Of a stretch of DNA of 32,000 bases, positions 17,013-26,946 are shown piece by piece. The notes beneath the pieces were generated by a model, which was given only the letters and a program-made list of their open reading frames with translations, did not search any database and was not told the DNA's origin. The stretch comes from Pyrobaculum aerophilum str. IM2 (GTDB lineage Archaea > Thermoproteota > Thermoprotei > Thermoproteales > Thermoproteaceae). The translations under genes were made by a program, and so were the position numbers. Every line of letters begins with the position of its first letter. Position 1 is the stretch's first letter. The stretch lies in the NCBI RefSeq assembly GCF_000007225.1, contig NC_003364.1, positions 960,001 through 992,000 of the forward strand. Direction: 5' to 3'.

Positions 17013-17063
17013 CCGCTACAACTCACGAACTTGATTTTTTAAAGTTTTAATTCCTAACCTCAA

Positions 17064-18611
17064 GTGCCTGTGATAGACGTCGCAAAAAGCGACTTGGAGA
17101 GACTCACAGGATTAAAATACGAGGAAATCGCTAAGCTCTTTGAGTATATCAAAGGGGAAATAGAGAGCGACTCAGGCGAGAGGCTTAGAATTGAGGTGAC
17201 CCACGACAGGCCAGATCATTTCTCGGCGGAGGGACTGGCCAAGACCCTCAAGGGAATTGCCGAAATAGAGGTGGGCCTCCCCCGGATTTCGCTGGGGCGC
17301 TCTTCAATAAGGCTAGTGGCGGAGAGCATTACTGAAAGGCCTTATATTGCCATGGCCGTTGTAAGAAATGTTAGGCTCGACGAGGAGGCAATTAAGCAAA
17401 TGATACAGCTACAGGAAAAGCTACACGAGACTTATGGGAGGGGGAGGCGGAAAATAGCCATTGGCTTTTACGACGTTTCAAAAATAAAGCCTCCCATATA
17501 CTACCGGAGGATTTCCCAAGAGGATGAGTACATACCGCTGGGATTTCAGAAGCCCGTCAAAGTCAGGGAGATGTACGAGCTCACAGAACAGGGGAGGAGG
17601 TACAGCGGCCTAATTAATAGGGAAAATCCGCCTGCCCTAGTGGACGCCTCGGGGCAAATAATGGTCGTGATCCCAGTCTTAGGCTCTGAGTGTTGTAAAA
17701 TCACCGAGGCCACTAGAGACGTCTTAATTGACGTCACTGGGACAGATCACCGCGCGGTGGCCAACGCGCTCTCAATTCTCATATATTCCCTTCTAGAGCG
17801 CAGCGGCTCAAAGGAGGTGGAAATTGTAGAGGGGGGGACGGGCTACTCCCACGAATACGTGAAAATTTACGTCGACGAGAGAGCAGTCAGCGAGTTTTTA
17901 GGCGTTAAAATAGCCCACGAGGATTTTATTAAATACATCAAAAAGGCGCGTTTTGACTACCAGGAGGGAGCTGTTATTATTCCGCCTTACAGGATTAACG
18001 TCTTGTCGTGGGTAGATGTGGCTGAAGACGTCGCTATTGTGATGGGATATAACCAAATGCCTAGAGAGGTGCCGGAAATCCCGTCAGCTGGAAGACGGCA
18101 TAGAACAGAGGTAATTACTCTGGAGGTGCGCAAGTCTATGCTGTCCATGGGCTTTACCGAGTTGAATAACTACGTGCTTACAGACGAGGCTGTGGCCGAG
18201 GTGTGTAGCCCCGCCCGCGTCGCCAACCCCATCTCTGAGTTGTATACAACAATTAGATGTTCTATAATCACGCAATTAATCTCGGCGGCTTCGGCGCTGA
18301 AGAGGAGGGAGACGAAAATATTTGAAGTTGGAGAGGTAGTAAGGGAGGGGAGAACCGTTAGGGCGCTGGCGTTTCTCATCAGTCGAGACGGCGCCACGCT
18401 TACAGACGGGCTCTCTGTCGTGAAGAGCCTATGTAAACGCTTAGGATTAAAGTGTGAATTCTTCCCAGCGGAAGCCAAGTGGGCCCTTCCGAATAGAATG
18501 GCTGAAGTGAGAGGCGAGATAACAGGCTATATTGCCGAAGTTAACCCCGACGTGTTAACAGCCCTAAAACACGCGGTGCCCACCGTCGTCGCCGAACTGT
18601 ACATAGGCTAA
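17064..18611 (+). CDS. pheT: Phenylalanine--tRNA ligase, beta subunit (archaeal type)
   Basis: 515 aa. The start MPVIDVAKSDLERLTG is typical of archaeal PheT (B3_4/B5 layout). GTG start, AT box at 17036-17053. Confidence 0.9.
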   Translation: MPVIDVAKSDLERLTGLKYEEIAKLFEYIKGEIESDSGERLRIEVTHDRPDHFSAEGLAKTLKGIAEIEVGLPRISLGRSSIRLVAESITERPYIAMAVVRNVRLDEEAIKQMIQLQEKLHETYGRGRRKIAIGFYDVSKIKPPIYYRRISQEDEYIPLGFQKPVKVREMYELTEQGRRYSGLINRENPPALVDASGQIMVVIPVLGSECCKITEATRDVLIDVTGTDHRAVANALSILIYSLLERSGSKEVEIVEGGTGYSHEYVKIYVDERAVSEFLGVKIAHEDFIKYIKKARFDYQEGAVIIPPYRINVLSWVDVAEDVAIVMGYNQMPREVPEIPSAGRRHRTEVITLEVRKSMLSMGFTELNNYVLTDEAVAEVCSPARVANPISELYTTIRCSIITQLISAASALKRRETKIFEVGEVVREGRTVRALAFLISRDGATLTDGLSVVKSLCKRLGLKCEFFPAEAKWALPNRMAEVRGEITGYIAEVNPDVLTALKHAVPTVVAELYIG

Positions 18612-18638
18612 ATCTTAAATAGGACTAATACACTACAC

Positions 18639-19001
18639 TTGATGACAGACGAAATAGACTCCCTTCTCAGGAAAAAGGCATTGGAGCTCGCCAAGATGAG
18701 AATCCAAGAGAGCGGGCCAAAGCAAAAGGCCTTATCCGGTGATGAGGCGATCCAAATTGTTAGAAAAATTGTAAAGGGGGAAAGGGCCAGTGAAATAATT
18801 GACAACGCCCTATCACTGTATAGTCAACAGGCGATTGCCTTGTTCAAGAAGCTAGCCGAGCTCCACCTCCAAGGCGTAATTAAAGAGCTCGCAGATTATG
18901 AACTTTACCAGATGTTATTAAGACTCGGCATGAGAGTGCCCGTGAAGACTGAAATAAAAATTGTGAGACACGGCAGGGAGTACAAACTGGGAGAGTCCTA
19001 G
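18639..19001 (+). CDS. PDCD5/TFAR19-like dsDNA-binding protein
   Basis: 120 aa. SLLRKKALELAKMR... and ...LAELHLQGVIKE.LADYELYQMLLRLG...EIKIVR follow the COG2118 pattern as I remember it. Confidence 0.5.
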   Translation: MMTDEIDSLLRKKALELAKMRIQESGPKQKALSGDEAIQIVRKIVKGERASEIIDNALSLYSQQAIALFKKLAELHLQGVIKELADYELYQMLLRLGMRVPVKTEIKIVRHGREYKLGES

Positions 19002-19008
19002 CTCAGAT
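18989..19008. repeat. 20-bp direct repeat, left copy (3' end of the PDCD5-like gene)
   Basis: GGGAGAGTCCTAGCTCAGAT versus GGGAGAGTCTTAACTCAGAT at 22321-22340, 18/20 identical. Confidence 0.75.
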
Positions 19009-19202
19009 TTAGTGTGAAAAACAACGCATAGAGGAGATAGAGGTGGTTAAGGCGACGTGTAAAAAGCGCCTAAGACCTAGGGTTGAGGATTTCTAGAGTC
19101 CCGCCTCCAACGGCCCACTCCCCATCGCTACGTCTCTCGAGCTTAATGCCGTGAGACATAACATTCCATCGTAGAAGTGGAGGAATCAAAACTTTCTACG
19201 TT

Positions 19203-21128
19203 CTAATTGTCGCTCCTCTGTCCCTGTCCTTGCGAACTAGCCGGTTTTCCCTCTCTCCACTTGTCAATGGCGTCTTTTAAGGCCTTAAAGCGGCGCAAGG
19301 CGTCTAGCTGGTCGGCGTAGAGGTATACTCTGCCTCTCTTCGCCTCTTTTCCTGTCAGCGTTTCCAACACGGCCGCCTCTACTTCGTCTTTTACCGTTGG
19401 CCGTGCTATTTCGTAATAGTACGTGATAATCGCGTCGCCCTTCTTTTCCCGCTTCTCTGCCCAATACCACTCCATCTTGAACTGTCTCCTCTCGCCGCTG
19501 GGCAATTCGTATTCTACGATGATGCGCAGGCGGCAGTCCTCACCGGCGCATTGGCTCACTGGCTGGCTCGCCAGCCGCTTGCTCCTCTGTTTTCCTTTCA
19601 CGAATTCACACTTCAAATCTACAACGCGGGCGATTAAGTTGCCCCTATCGTCGTAAACTGCCAGTGGCAGATCTACAGTCCCCTCTTCCCTCGCCGGCCT
19701 CAGAACCTCTGTCAGCTTTTTCGCCGCGCCATCGCCGTGTCTACGCCTCAAAACATCCTCTAGCTCCCTGATGAACTTTTCAGCCTCCATATCGCCGTTT
19801 GACGCCATGCGTTGAATTTCGCGAAGGCCGTCGTAAGTGATGTAGACTACGTAGTATCTGCTACTCTTGACGGTGAAGTCTCTGCCCTCTTTCAGCCCCG
19901 CCGCCTTTAGGGCGTTTACAATAACGTCTTTTTGTTCCGCCTTGACGCTAATTATGCGCCATTTGCCGTAAACGGAGTAGTGTTTGCCCTCTTCCAGCCC
20001 GCTATGTACAAGGGCATCAATAGCCTTTACGAAAGCCTCTTTCGTAACACGAATTTCGTAACGTTCAGTGCCCTCTGTAGTAACCGTGAAGTGTACTCCC
20101 TCCCTCAGACCCCTTGCCATTAAGGCGTTTACGGCGGCGTTTTTAGCGTTCTCGTTGCGCGGATGATATTTTACCATTATTTTGTTTTCATAATTAACCG
20201 TGAATTCAACGCCGGCGAATTTAACGGTGTTGGGGCCGGTCTCTAGGTCCCTCACTAACTGTTCGTACTTATCTTTGTCGATTAACCCCTTGCCGTAAAG
20301 CTCGTCCACAAAGCCCCTCACCGCGTTTAGCCAGCCGTCATGGCGAATTGCTATGATGTCGTCAGTAGTGAGCCAAGTTCTCCATACCTTACCTATGCGT
20401 TTAACCTCCGCCTTACCTCCAAGCGCTCTGATAATAGAGGCCAACCTTTCGGCGTTTTCGTGAGAGCCGCCGAACTGGGCTTGTAGCTCCCTGCCAGTCC
20501 AGTACACGGTTATGTACGCCACCTCCTCCCCTCCCAACTTAAAGTGTATTACGGCCTTTGGTTGCTTACCGCTTGTATCTAACGGCCACCTCTCCACTGT
20601 GACGTTTCTGTAGACGTAGTCCTCTGCCATTGTAACAACTTCCTCTAGCTTTTTGAAAAACATTTCGTTTCTCACGTCGTAACCCCAGTCAATGCCGAAT
20701 TTCCTTTTAACCGCCTCGCGGGTAACGACTTTAAACGCGTCGGCGAATTCTGTCAGGGCATCCCTAAGCTCGTGCAACGCGGGTAGCGCCGGCGTTACAG
20801 CCTCCAGTAAGCCGTTCAGCTCGGCGCCTTTGAAGGCAATATGGTGCGCGCCTCTGCCCCTATACACTGAGCTTGGCTTAAGGCCAAGCTCCTTCAGAGC
20901 CCACAGCCAGAAAGCGGTGAAGTGGTCGCGGGTCATAATCGGACTTTCCACGTGTTCAGGGCCGCCGATGAAAAGCAGAATTTCGTCTCTAAACACAGTC
21001 CCATCGTACAACACAGCGAAAATCACCGCAAGGGCCGCCTCCTCTCTAGACAGCTCTCCCCTTCTGTACGCCTCCACGGCGTACGCCAGAGGCAAGAGAA
21101 CGTGGAAATATTTAGGCAAAAATAGCAT
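19203..21128 (-). CDS. paREP2b-like protein, N-terminally truncated copy (possibly not expressed)
   Basis: 641-aa ORF collinear with residues ~345-975 of the 975-aa ORF. Its ATG is created at the deletion junction, and no AT box lies upstream. Confidence 0.6.
   Translation of the reverse strand: MLFLPKYFHVLLPLAYAVEAYRRGELSREEAALAVIFAVLYDGTVFRDEILLFIGGPEHVESPIMTRDHFTAFWLWALKELGLKPSSVYRGRGAHHIAFKGAELNGLLEAVTPALPALHELRDALTEFADAFKVVTREAVKRKFGIDWGYDVRNEMFFKKLEEVVTMAEDYVYRNVTVERWPLDTSGKQPKAVIHFKLGGEEVAYITVYWTGRELQAQFGGSHENAERLASIIRALGGKAEVKRIGKVWRTWLTTDDIIAIRHDGWLNAVRGFVDELYGKGLIDKDKYEQLVRDLETGPNTVKFAGVEFTVNYENKIMVKYHPRNENAKNAAVNALMARGLREGVHFTVTTEGTERYEIRVTKEAFVKAIDALVHSGLEEGKHYSVYGKWRIISVKAEQKDVIVNALKAAGLKEGRDFTVKSSRYYVVYITYDGLREIQRMASNGDMEAEKFIRELEDVLRRRHGDGAAKKLTEVLRPAREEGTVDLPLAVYDDRGNLIARVVDLKCEFVKGKQRSKRLASQPVSQCAGEDCRLRIIVEYELPSGERRQFKMEWYWAEKREKKGDAIITYYYEIARPTVKDEVEAAVLETLTGKEAKRGRVYLYADQLDALRRFKALKDAIDKWREGKPASSQGQGQRSDN
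20609..21053. repeat. 445-bp tract identical to 10988-11432
   Basis: See the partner entry at 10988-11432. Confidence 0.9.
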
Positions 21129-21384
21129 TGGCTGAGTACGGCATTAAGCCAGACAGCCCGATAATCAGCGAATACGCCCTTAGGCGCGCATTTTGGTGGA
21201 ATGGGGAATGGAGGGGAAGGCCAATGTCCTGTTTCGTGACCGACTTGAGGGCGTTTTGTAAAGTGGGCAAAAAATGGCAGCGTTTTACGTATTCGACACG
21301 CCCCATGGCGTATACCTCAGGCCGGAAATCAAGCTAATAGACGAGTGGATTAAGGTGGCCCACAGGGGAGATGGAGGCGGTTAG
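21128..21384 (+). pseudogene. paREP2a-like fragment, 5'-truncated and frameshifted
   Basis: AEYGIKPDSPIISEYALRRAFWWNGEWRGRPMSCFVTDLRAFCKVGKK, then the frame is lost at the A6 run (21269-21274). With A7 it would read MAAFYVFDTPHGVYLRPEIKLIDEWIKVAHRGDGGG*. Confidence 0.7.
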
Positions 21385-22204
21385 CGTTAAGGAGTGTATA
21401 CGCGTTAAACTGCCAGAGGCCTTTGAGCTACCGAGGAGGTTTGGAGTGTCCTGGGGGTGCCTAACACAGGGCGCCTTTAGGGGTGTGGACGCCGTTGTGG
21501 CTGAGGGGAAGGGGAGGGGCGTTTATTTCCGCTACGTGCTACCCTACGACGCAAACGCCAAACGCTATATGGCGGAGTACGGGCAGAGGGAAAGGAGGGA
21601 GGGCTATGGCATATCGCCAACGCTGGCGGAGGCCCTATACGAGCTGGCTGAGAGGCATGAGGTAGAAGTCGTGATAGAGAAAACACAATACAAAACGTAT
21701 TACTACGCCGTTGTAGACGGCGTGAAGATAGACGGCAGACTTTGCTATAGGGAAAGTCTCAGGGACTGTGTCAATAAGGTAGTGAGGTGGGTTAAAGAGG
21801 AGAAAAAGTGGAGAGAATCATTGCGACTACTGAGGATTAGGGAGGAAGTGCTGAACGCAGTGGCGGAGTGGTATTTCCGCTGTTTTGGAGAAACTGCAAA
21901 CCAGCTGAAAGTGGCCAAGAGGCTAGAGGAATACCACACGCTGTGTCAAATGCGTAGCGCCGCGAAGAGGGAATTCGGAGTGGCGCCAACGGAGAGGGCC
22001 CTAAGAAGGGCATTTTGGTGGGACGGGGAGTGGGGAGGGAGGGCGTTGTCGTGTTTCGTGACGGAAAGGGAGGCGGTGTGCAGATGGGGAGGCGCGAAGT
22101 GGAAATTCACAGTGAGGGCGGGAACAGACGGCGTATATATTAAGCCTGAGAGCCCACTATACCAAGAGTGGATTAAGGCGGCACATAGGGGTAACGACAG
22201 TTAA
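21371..22204 (+). CDS. paREP2a-like protein, long form (extra ~130-aa N-domain)
   Basis: 277 aa. The C-terminal half matches 13781-14215 (ALRRAFWWDGEWGGRALSCFVTEREAVC...GVYIKPESPLYQEWIKAAHRGNDS). The N-terminal domain matches the fragment at 14205-14306. Confidence 0.65.
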   Translation: MEAVSVKECIRVKLPEAFELPRRFGVSWGCLTQGAFRGVDAVVAEGKGRGVYFRYVLPYDANAKRYMAEYGQRERREGYGISPTLAEALYELAERHEVEVVIEKTQYKTYYYAVVDGVKIDGRLCYRESLRDCVNKVVRWVKEEKKWRESLRLLRIREEVLNAVAEWYFRCFGETANQLKVAKRLEEYHTLCQMRSAAKREFGVAPTERALRRAFWWDGEWGGRALSCFVTEREAVCRWGGAKWKFTVRAGTDGVYIKPESPLYQEWIKAAHRGNDS

Positions 22205-22320
22205 GGCGACGAGAGAAGAGCCGAGTGATGAGAGGGAGTGGAAGAGGCTGTGAGAACGCCTCCACAGACCCTGTTACTCTAATTATGCGGACTCTCTTGC
22301 CCAGCTCTGCGAAGTAGTTA

Positions 22321-22340
22321 GGGAGAGTCTTAACTCAGAT
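22321..22340. repeat. 20-bp direct repeat, right copy (3' end of the Zn-ribbon gene)
   Basis: 18/20 identical to 18989-19008. Confidence 0.75.
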
Positions 22341-22581
22341 ACAGGGCATATAGCTCTTCCATCAGACCGCGCCAGTTGAATAGCCTAACAGAGTAGTTGA
22401 CATATCTCCTTGCCAATTCTCTCTTCTCCCTCTTTACATAACGCAAACAGCGCTTACAGCCAAACCAGACGTATGTGTTATCCTCAACGATCTCCATAGC
22501 ACTGCCACAGAGGGGGCATCTACTGGCCACCTCAACAGCCAGGAGATCCATACACACTATCATCCCGCCATTTAAAGCCAC
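22330..22581 (-). CDS. Small zinc-ribbon protein
   Basis: 83 aa with CPLCG...x17...CKRC. The start is GTG 22581 or ATG 22563. Confidence 0.5.
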   Translation of the reverse strand: MALNGGMIVCMDLLAVEVASRCPLCGSAMEIVEDNTYVWFGCKRCLRYVKREKRELARRYVNYSVRLFNWRGLMEELYALYLS

Positions 22582-22744
22582 AGTAAGTAAAATAGCTATT
22601 TCACTTTAAAAAGGGGCGCCCACTATACGCAATGAAATTAATATTGAAACTCGTGGAACGGAAAAAACTGATCAAGGAGTTAAAAGAAGATATTGAAGTA
22701 ATTTAAAAGCCTCCTCACTGCTGAAAGCGGAAGTCTTAGAGCGG

Positions 22745-23020
22745 TCAGCACTGCGTAAAGCTCGGCAGATTCCTCCCCACTTCTTTTAAATCCGCCGCGA
22801 TCTCTAGGTAAAACCTCTTGGCCTCTGCGCATCTACGCCGCCAGAACTGGTCGTCCCCCCTCTCGGCTTCTAATAAAAGCACTGATATCCTTGCCACGTA
22901 TTCCAGCCTGTCGTAAAAGTCCTCTGGCGGCGGTGGAGGCTTAAGCCCAACCTCCTTGGCGTATTCGATTATTAAAGTGGGGCGTCTAACGGCCTCCCAG
23001 AGGAAATCATAAAAATTCAT
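22745..23020 (-). CDS. Hypothetical protein
   Basis: 91-aa ORF whose start overlaps the stop of the YbaK-like gene by 4 nt, suggesting an operon with archease and YbaK. Confidence 0.45.
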   Translation of the reverse strand: MNFYDFLWEAVRRPTLIIEYAKEVGLKPPPPPEDFYDRLEYVARISVLLLEAERGDDQFWRRRCAEAKRFYLEIAADLKEVGRNLPSFTQC

Positions 23021-23421
23021 AGCTCCACAGGCTTTGCGACGCCTCTCTCCACCAAGACCCTCGGCTGGAATTTCAACAAACTGTAATCGTCGCCGCCGCC
23101 CCCATATACGTACTCGTCTTTTAATAAATCTATGTCTATATACACCGGTATGTTCAAGACCGGGGGCACCCCGCCAACTGGATACCCTGTCATGTTGAGG
23201 ACTTCTTGAGGAGTTGCCATACTACACCCCAGCTTTTTTAAATCTAGCTTTTTAGTGCCGCGTATTATATACGCCTTGAACTCGCCGCCGCACTTGACCA
23301 CCAGCGTCTTCACTATTTTACCCTCCTCCACTCCAACAGCCCTAGCGGCCTCTTTGACAGTGCGCACAGGCTCGGCGAGTCTTATCACCTCGCCGAAATC
23401 CTCCAGCGAGATCCGGCTCAT
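23017..23421 (-). CDS. YbaK/ProX-type aminoacyl-tRNA deacylase domain protein
   Basis: 134 aa. [44 protein letters not shown]...GGVPP is a typical YbaK/EbsC pattern. Confidence 0.75.
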
Positions 23422-23861
23422 ATGTCCACGACGTATTGGACAAGCCAGTAATCCTCCACCTTTTTGATCTCCATCATGTGATAAGTCATCGCCTTCACGA
23501 TAAGCCCCGTAAAGCCGTGTTTATTAATGTCGTACTTCTCCCCGTAGAGTAGAGCCCTTATTGCGTATCCATTCCCCTTCTCTAGTTTTACTTCAATCCT
23601 CCTGCTTAGGGCGAACTTCTCGGCGTCGAATAAGTACAACAGCTCGTCTATCCAGCGGAATAAGAGCCCCTCTAAATCCTCATATTCTACGGCGACCTCT
23701 CTGCTCTCTTTTGGCTCAACGCGGCTACTGTAGTAAGTCAAATCGGCCAGCGCCAAGGCTGCGTTTTTAAACGCCTCCTCTAGCGTGCATCCATACGCCT
23801 GGATTAAGACGTCTGCTGTATGCTCGCCGTATTTATAATCGCCAGGCTTGCCGCAAGGCAC
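23418..23861 (-). CDS. Archease
   Basis: 147 aa with the N-terminal archease signature [30 protein letters not shown]. Confidence 0.85.
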
Positions 23862-23906
23862 AATTTGTGAGAAAATCTGTTTTAAATCATTGACCTTGAC
23901 GATTAT

Positions 23907-24557
23907 ATGAAACTCCAGGTGGCGCTTGACCTCGTAGATCTCAGGAAAGCCGTAAATCTGGCGCGCGAGCTGTGTAGCGTCGGCGCGGAGATGATAGAGG
24001 CGGGAACTCCGCTGATTAAGCTCTACGGCATGGCGTCAGTAAGCGCCATTAAATCAGCATGTCCCAAGGCCGAGGTTGTGGCCGATATAAAAACTGCAGA
24101 CGTAGGAGGCTTGGAGGCGAGGCTCGCGAGGGAGTTCGGCGCCGATTGGGGCACAGTGCTGGGCATGACAAACCTCGAGACCATCGTCGAATTTATAAAA
24201 GAGGGGAAAGCCGTGGGCCTCAAGACAGCAGTCGATTTAATCGGATCGCGTGACCCTGAGGGCAGAGCCCAGGAGATATTAAAAGCGGCTCGCCCCGATC
24301 TCTTCATAGTGCACTTAGGCGTTGACGTCCAAACGAGGACTGGGATGCGATTTGAGGACCTCTTAGAAATTGCGCTTAAAATAAAAAACATGGGCGTGGG
24401 AGTCGCCGTGGCAGGCGGCATTACCGAGCGGGAGCTTGAACTTATTATCAAGCGCGGGGCTCAAGTTGATGTGGTTGTTGTTGGCAGAAGTATTGTAAAC
24501 GATACTTCGCCTGCGTCAAAATTTGTAATGATGAACAACATTTTAAAACATATCTAA
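23907..24557 (+). CDS. 3-hexulose-6-phosphate synthase-like protein (OMP decarboxylase superfamily)
   Basis: 216 aa. MKLQVALDL...[12 protein letters not shown]...[14 protein letters not shown] matches the HPS signature. Confidence 0.75.
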   Translation: MKLQVALDLVDLRKAVNLARELCSVGAEMIEAGTPLIKLYGMASVSAIKSACPKAEVVADIKTADVGGLEARLAREFGADWGTVLGMTNLETIVEFIKEGKAVGLKTAVDLIGSRDPEGRAQEILKAARPDLFIVHLGVDVQTRTGMRFEDLLEIALKIKNMGVGVAVAGGITERELELIIKRGAQVDVVVVGRSIVNDTSPASKFVMMNNILKHI

Positions 24558-24568
24558 GTGAGGGGGTT

Positions 24569-25162
24569 GTGAAAATTGTAATTGTCGCCCTGCCGGGAAG
24601 CGGCAAGACCACCATTTTGAATTTTGTAAAACAGAAGTTACCTGACGTGAAAATAGTCAACTACGGCGATGTCATGTTGGAAATAGCGAAGAAGAGATTT
24701 GGTATACAGCACAGAGATGAAATGCGGAAAAAAATTCCAGTGGACGAGTACCGAAAGGTGCAGGAAGAGGCGGCGGAGTACATAGCCTCTCTAACAGGCG
24801 ACGTAATTATCGACACGCACGCCTCAATAAAAATAGGCGGCGGGTATTACCCCGGCTTGCCTGACAGGATAATTTCAAAGCTTAAACCAGATGTAATCCT
24901 CCTCCTGGAATACGATCCCAAGGTCATTTTAGAAAGGCGTAAGAAGGACCCAGATAGGTTTAGAGACTTAGAGAGCGAGGAGGAAATTGAAATGCACCAG
25001 CAGGCTAATAGATATTACGCGTTTGCCGCCGCAAACGCCGGCGAGAGCACTGTTCACGTGCTCAATTTTAGAGGAAAGCCGGAGAGCAGGCCTTTTGAAC
25101 ACGCAGAAGTAGCCGCAGAATATATCGTTAACCTCATTTTAAGAACTCGGCAGAAGTCTTAG
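24569..25162 (+). CDS. adkA: Adenylate kinase, archaeal type
   Basis: 197 aa with P-loop KIVIVALPGSGKTT. Length and layout fit archaeal AdkA. GTG start preceded by GAGGGGG (SD-like), 11 nt after the HPS stop. Confidence 0.85.
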   Translation: MKIVIVALPGSGKTTILNFVKQKLPDVKIVNYGDVMLEIAKKRFGIQHRDEMRKKIPVDEYRKVQEEAAEYIASLTGDVIIDTHASIKIGGGYYPGLPDRIISKLKPDVILLLEYDPKVILERRKKDPDRFRDLESEEEIEMHQQANRYYAFAAANAGESTVHVLNFRGKPESRPFEHAEVAAEYIVNLILRTRQKS

Positions 25163-25376
25163 CCGTTTTGACTCCCACTTTGCATCGCGCTTTTCAGCGG
25201 CTTGACGACACTAATCCCTCTAACGCGGGCTTTCACGCCGAGGTACGACAAACCTCCGTCTAGCGCCAGAGGGAACAGGAGAAGTATCTCTTTAAAGCGG
25301 CGATGCTGGCAGGAGACAGGCGGACGTCATAAGAGTTCTCGGCATAACCTTTATATATCCTCCCGTTGTGAGGGGC

Positions 25377-26946
<1,570 letters not shown>

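Larger units (their letters stand above)
19009..22320. mobile_element. paREP2-type cassette 3 (internal-deletion form), bracketed by 20-bp direct repeats
   Basis: Contains a 5'-truncated large gene, a 5'-truncated frameshifted small gene, a 277-aa long-form small gene, and a paREP2a-tail remnant at 19025-19090. Confidence 0.5.

Noticed and set aside
16430-17050. ORFs 16430-16672 and 16823-17050 as intact genes
   Set aside because: The first is the antisense of a paREP2b-like C-terminal fragment running into a paREP2a-like piece. The second is a frameshifted piece of the same remnant. I annotated both as pseudogene fragments.
16371-17063. Flanking direct repeat for cassette 2 (CTTGAT...TTTAAA at ~16373-16400 versus ~17029-17055)
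   Set aside because: Only 6 bp match exactly, followed by loose AT-rich similarity. Both segments are promoter AT boxes of the neighbouring genes, so a target duplication cannot be distinguished from convergent TATA-like composition.
19170-19200. Hairpin CGTAGAA..17 nt..TTCTACG just downstream of the truncated large gene, as a terminator
   Set aside because: It is a short 7-bp stem with a large loop. Archaeal termination is usually T-tract driven, and no adjacent T run is present on the transcribed strand.
22226-22290. C/D box sRNA starting at GTGATGA (22226)
   Set aside because: There is no CTGA D' or D box at the required 12-nt spacings downstream.
24023-24451. Antisense ORFs within well-supported genes (24023-24451, 28369-28911, 28912-29202, 7265-7666, 18170-18478 and others)
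   Set aside because: They lie opposite genes with strong family signatures, their composition is typical of shadow frames, and they have no start context.
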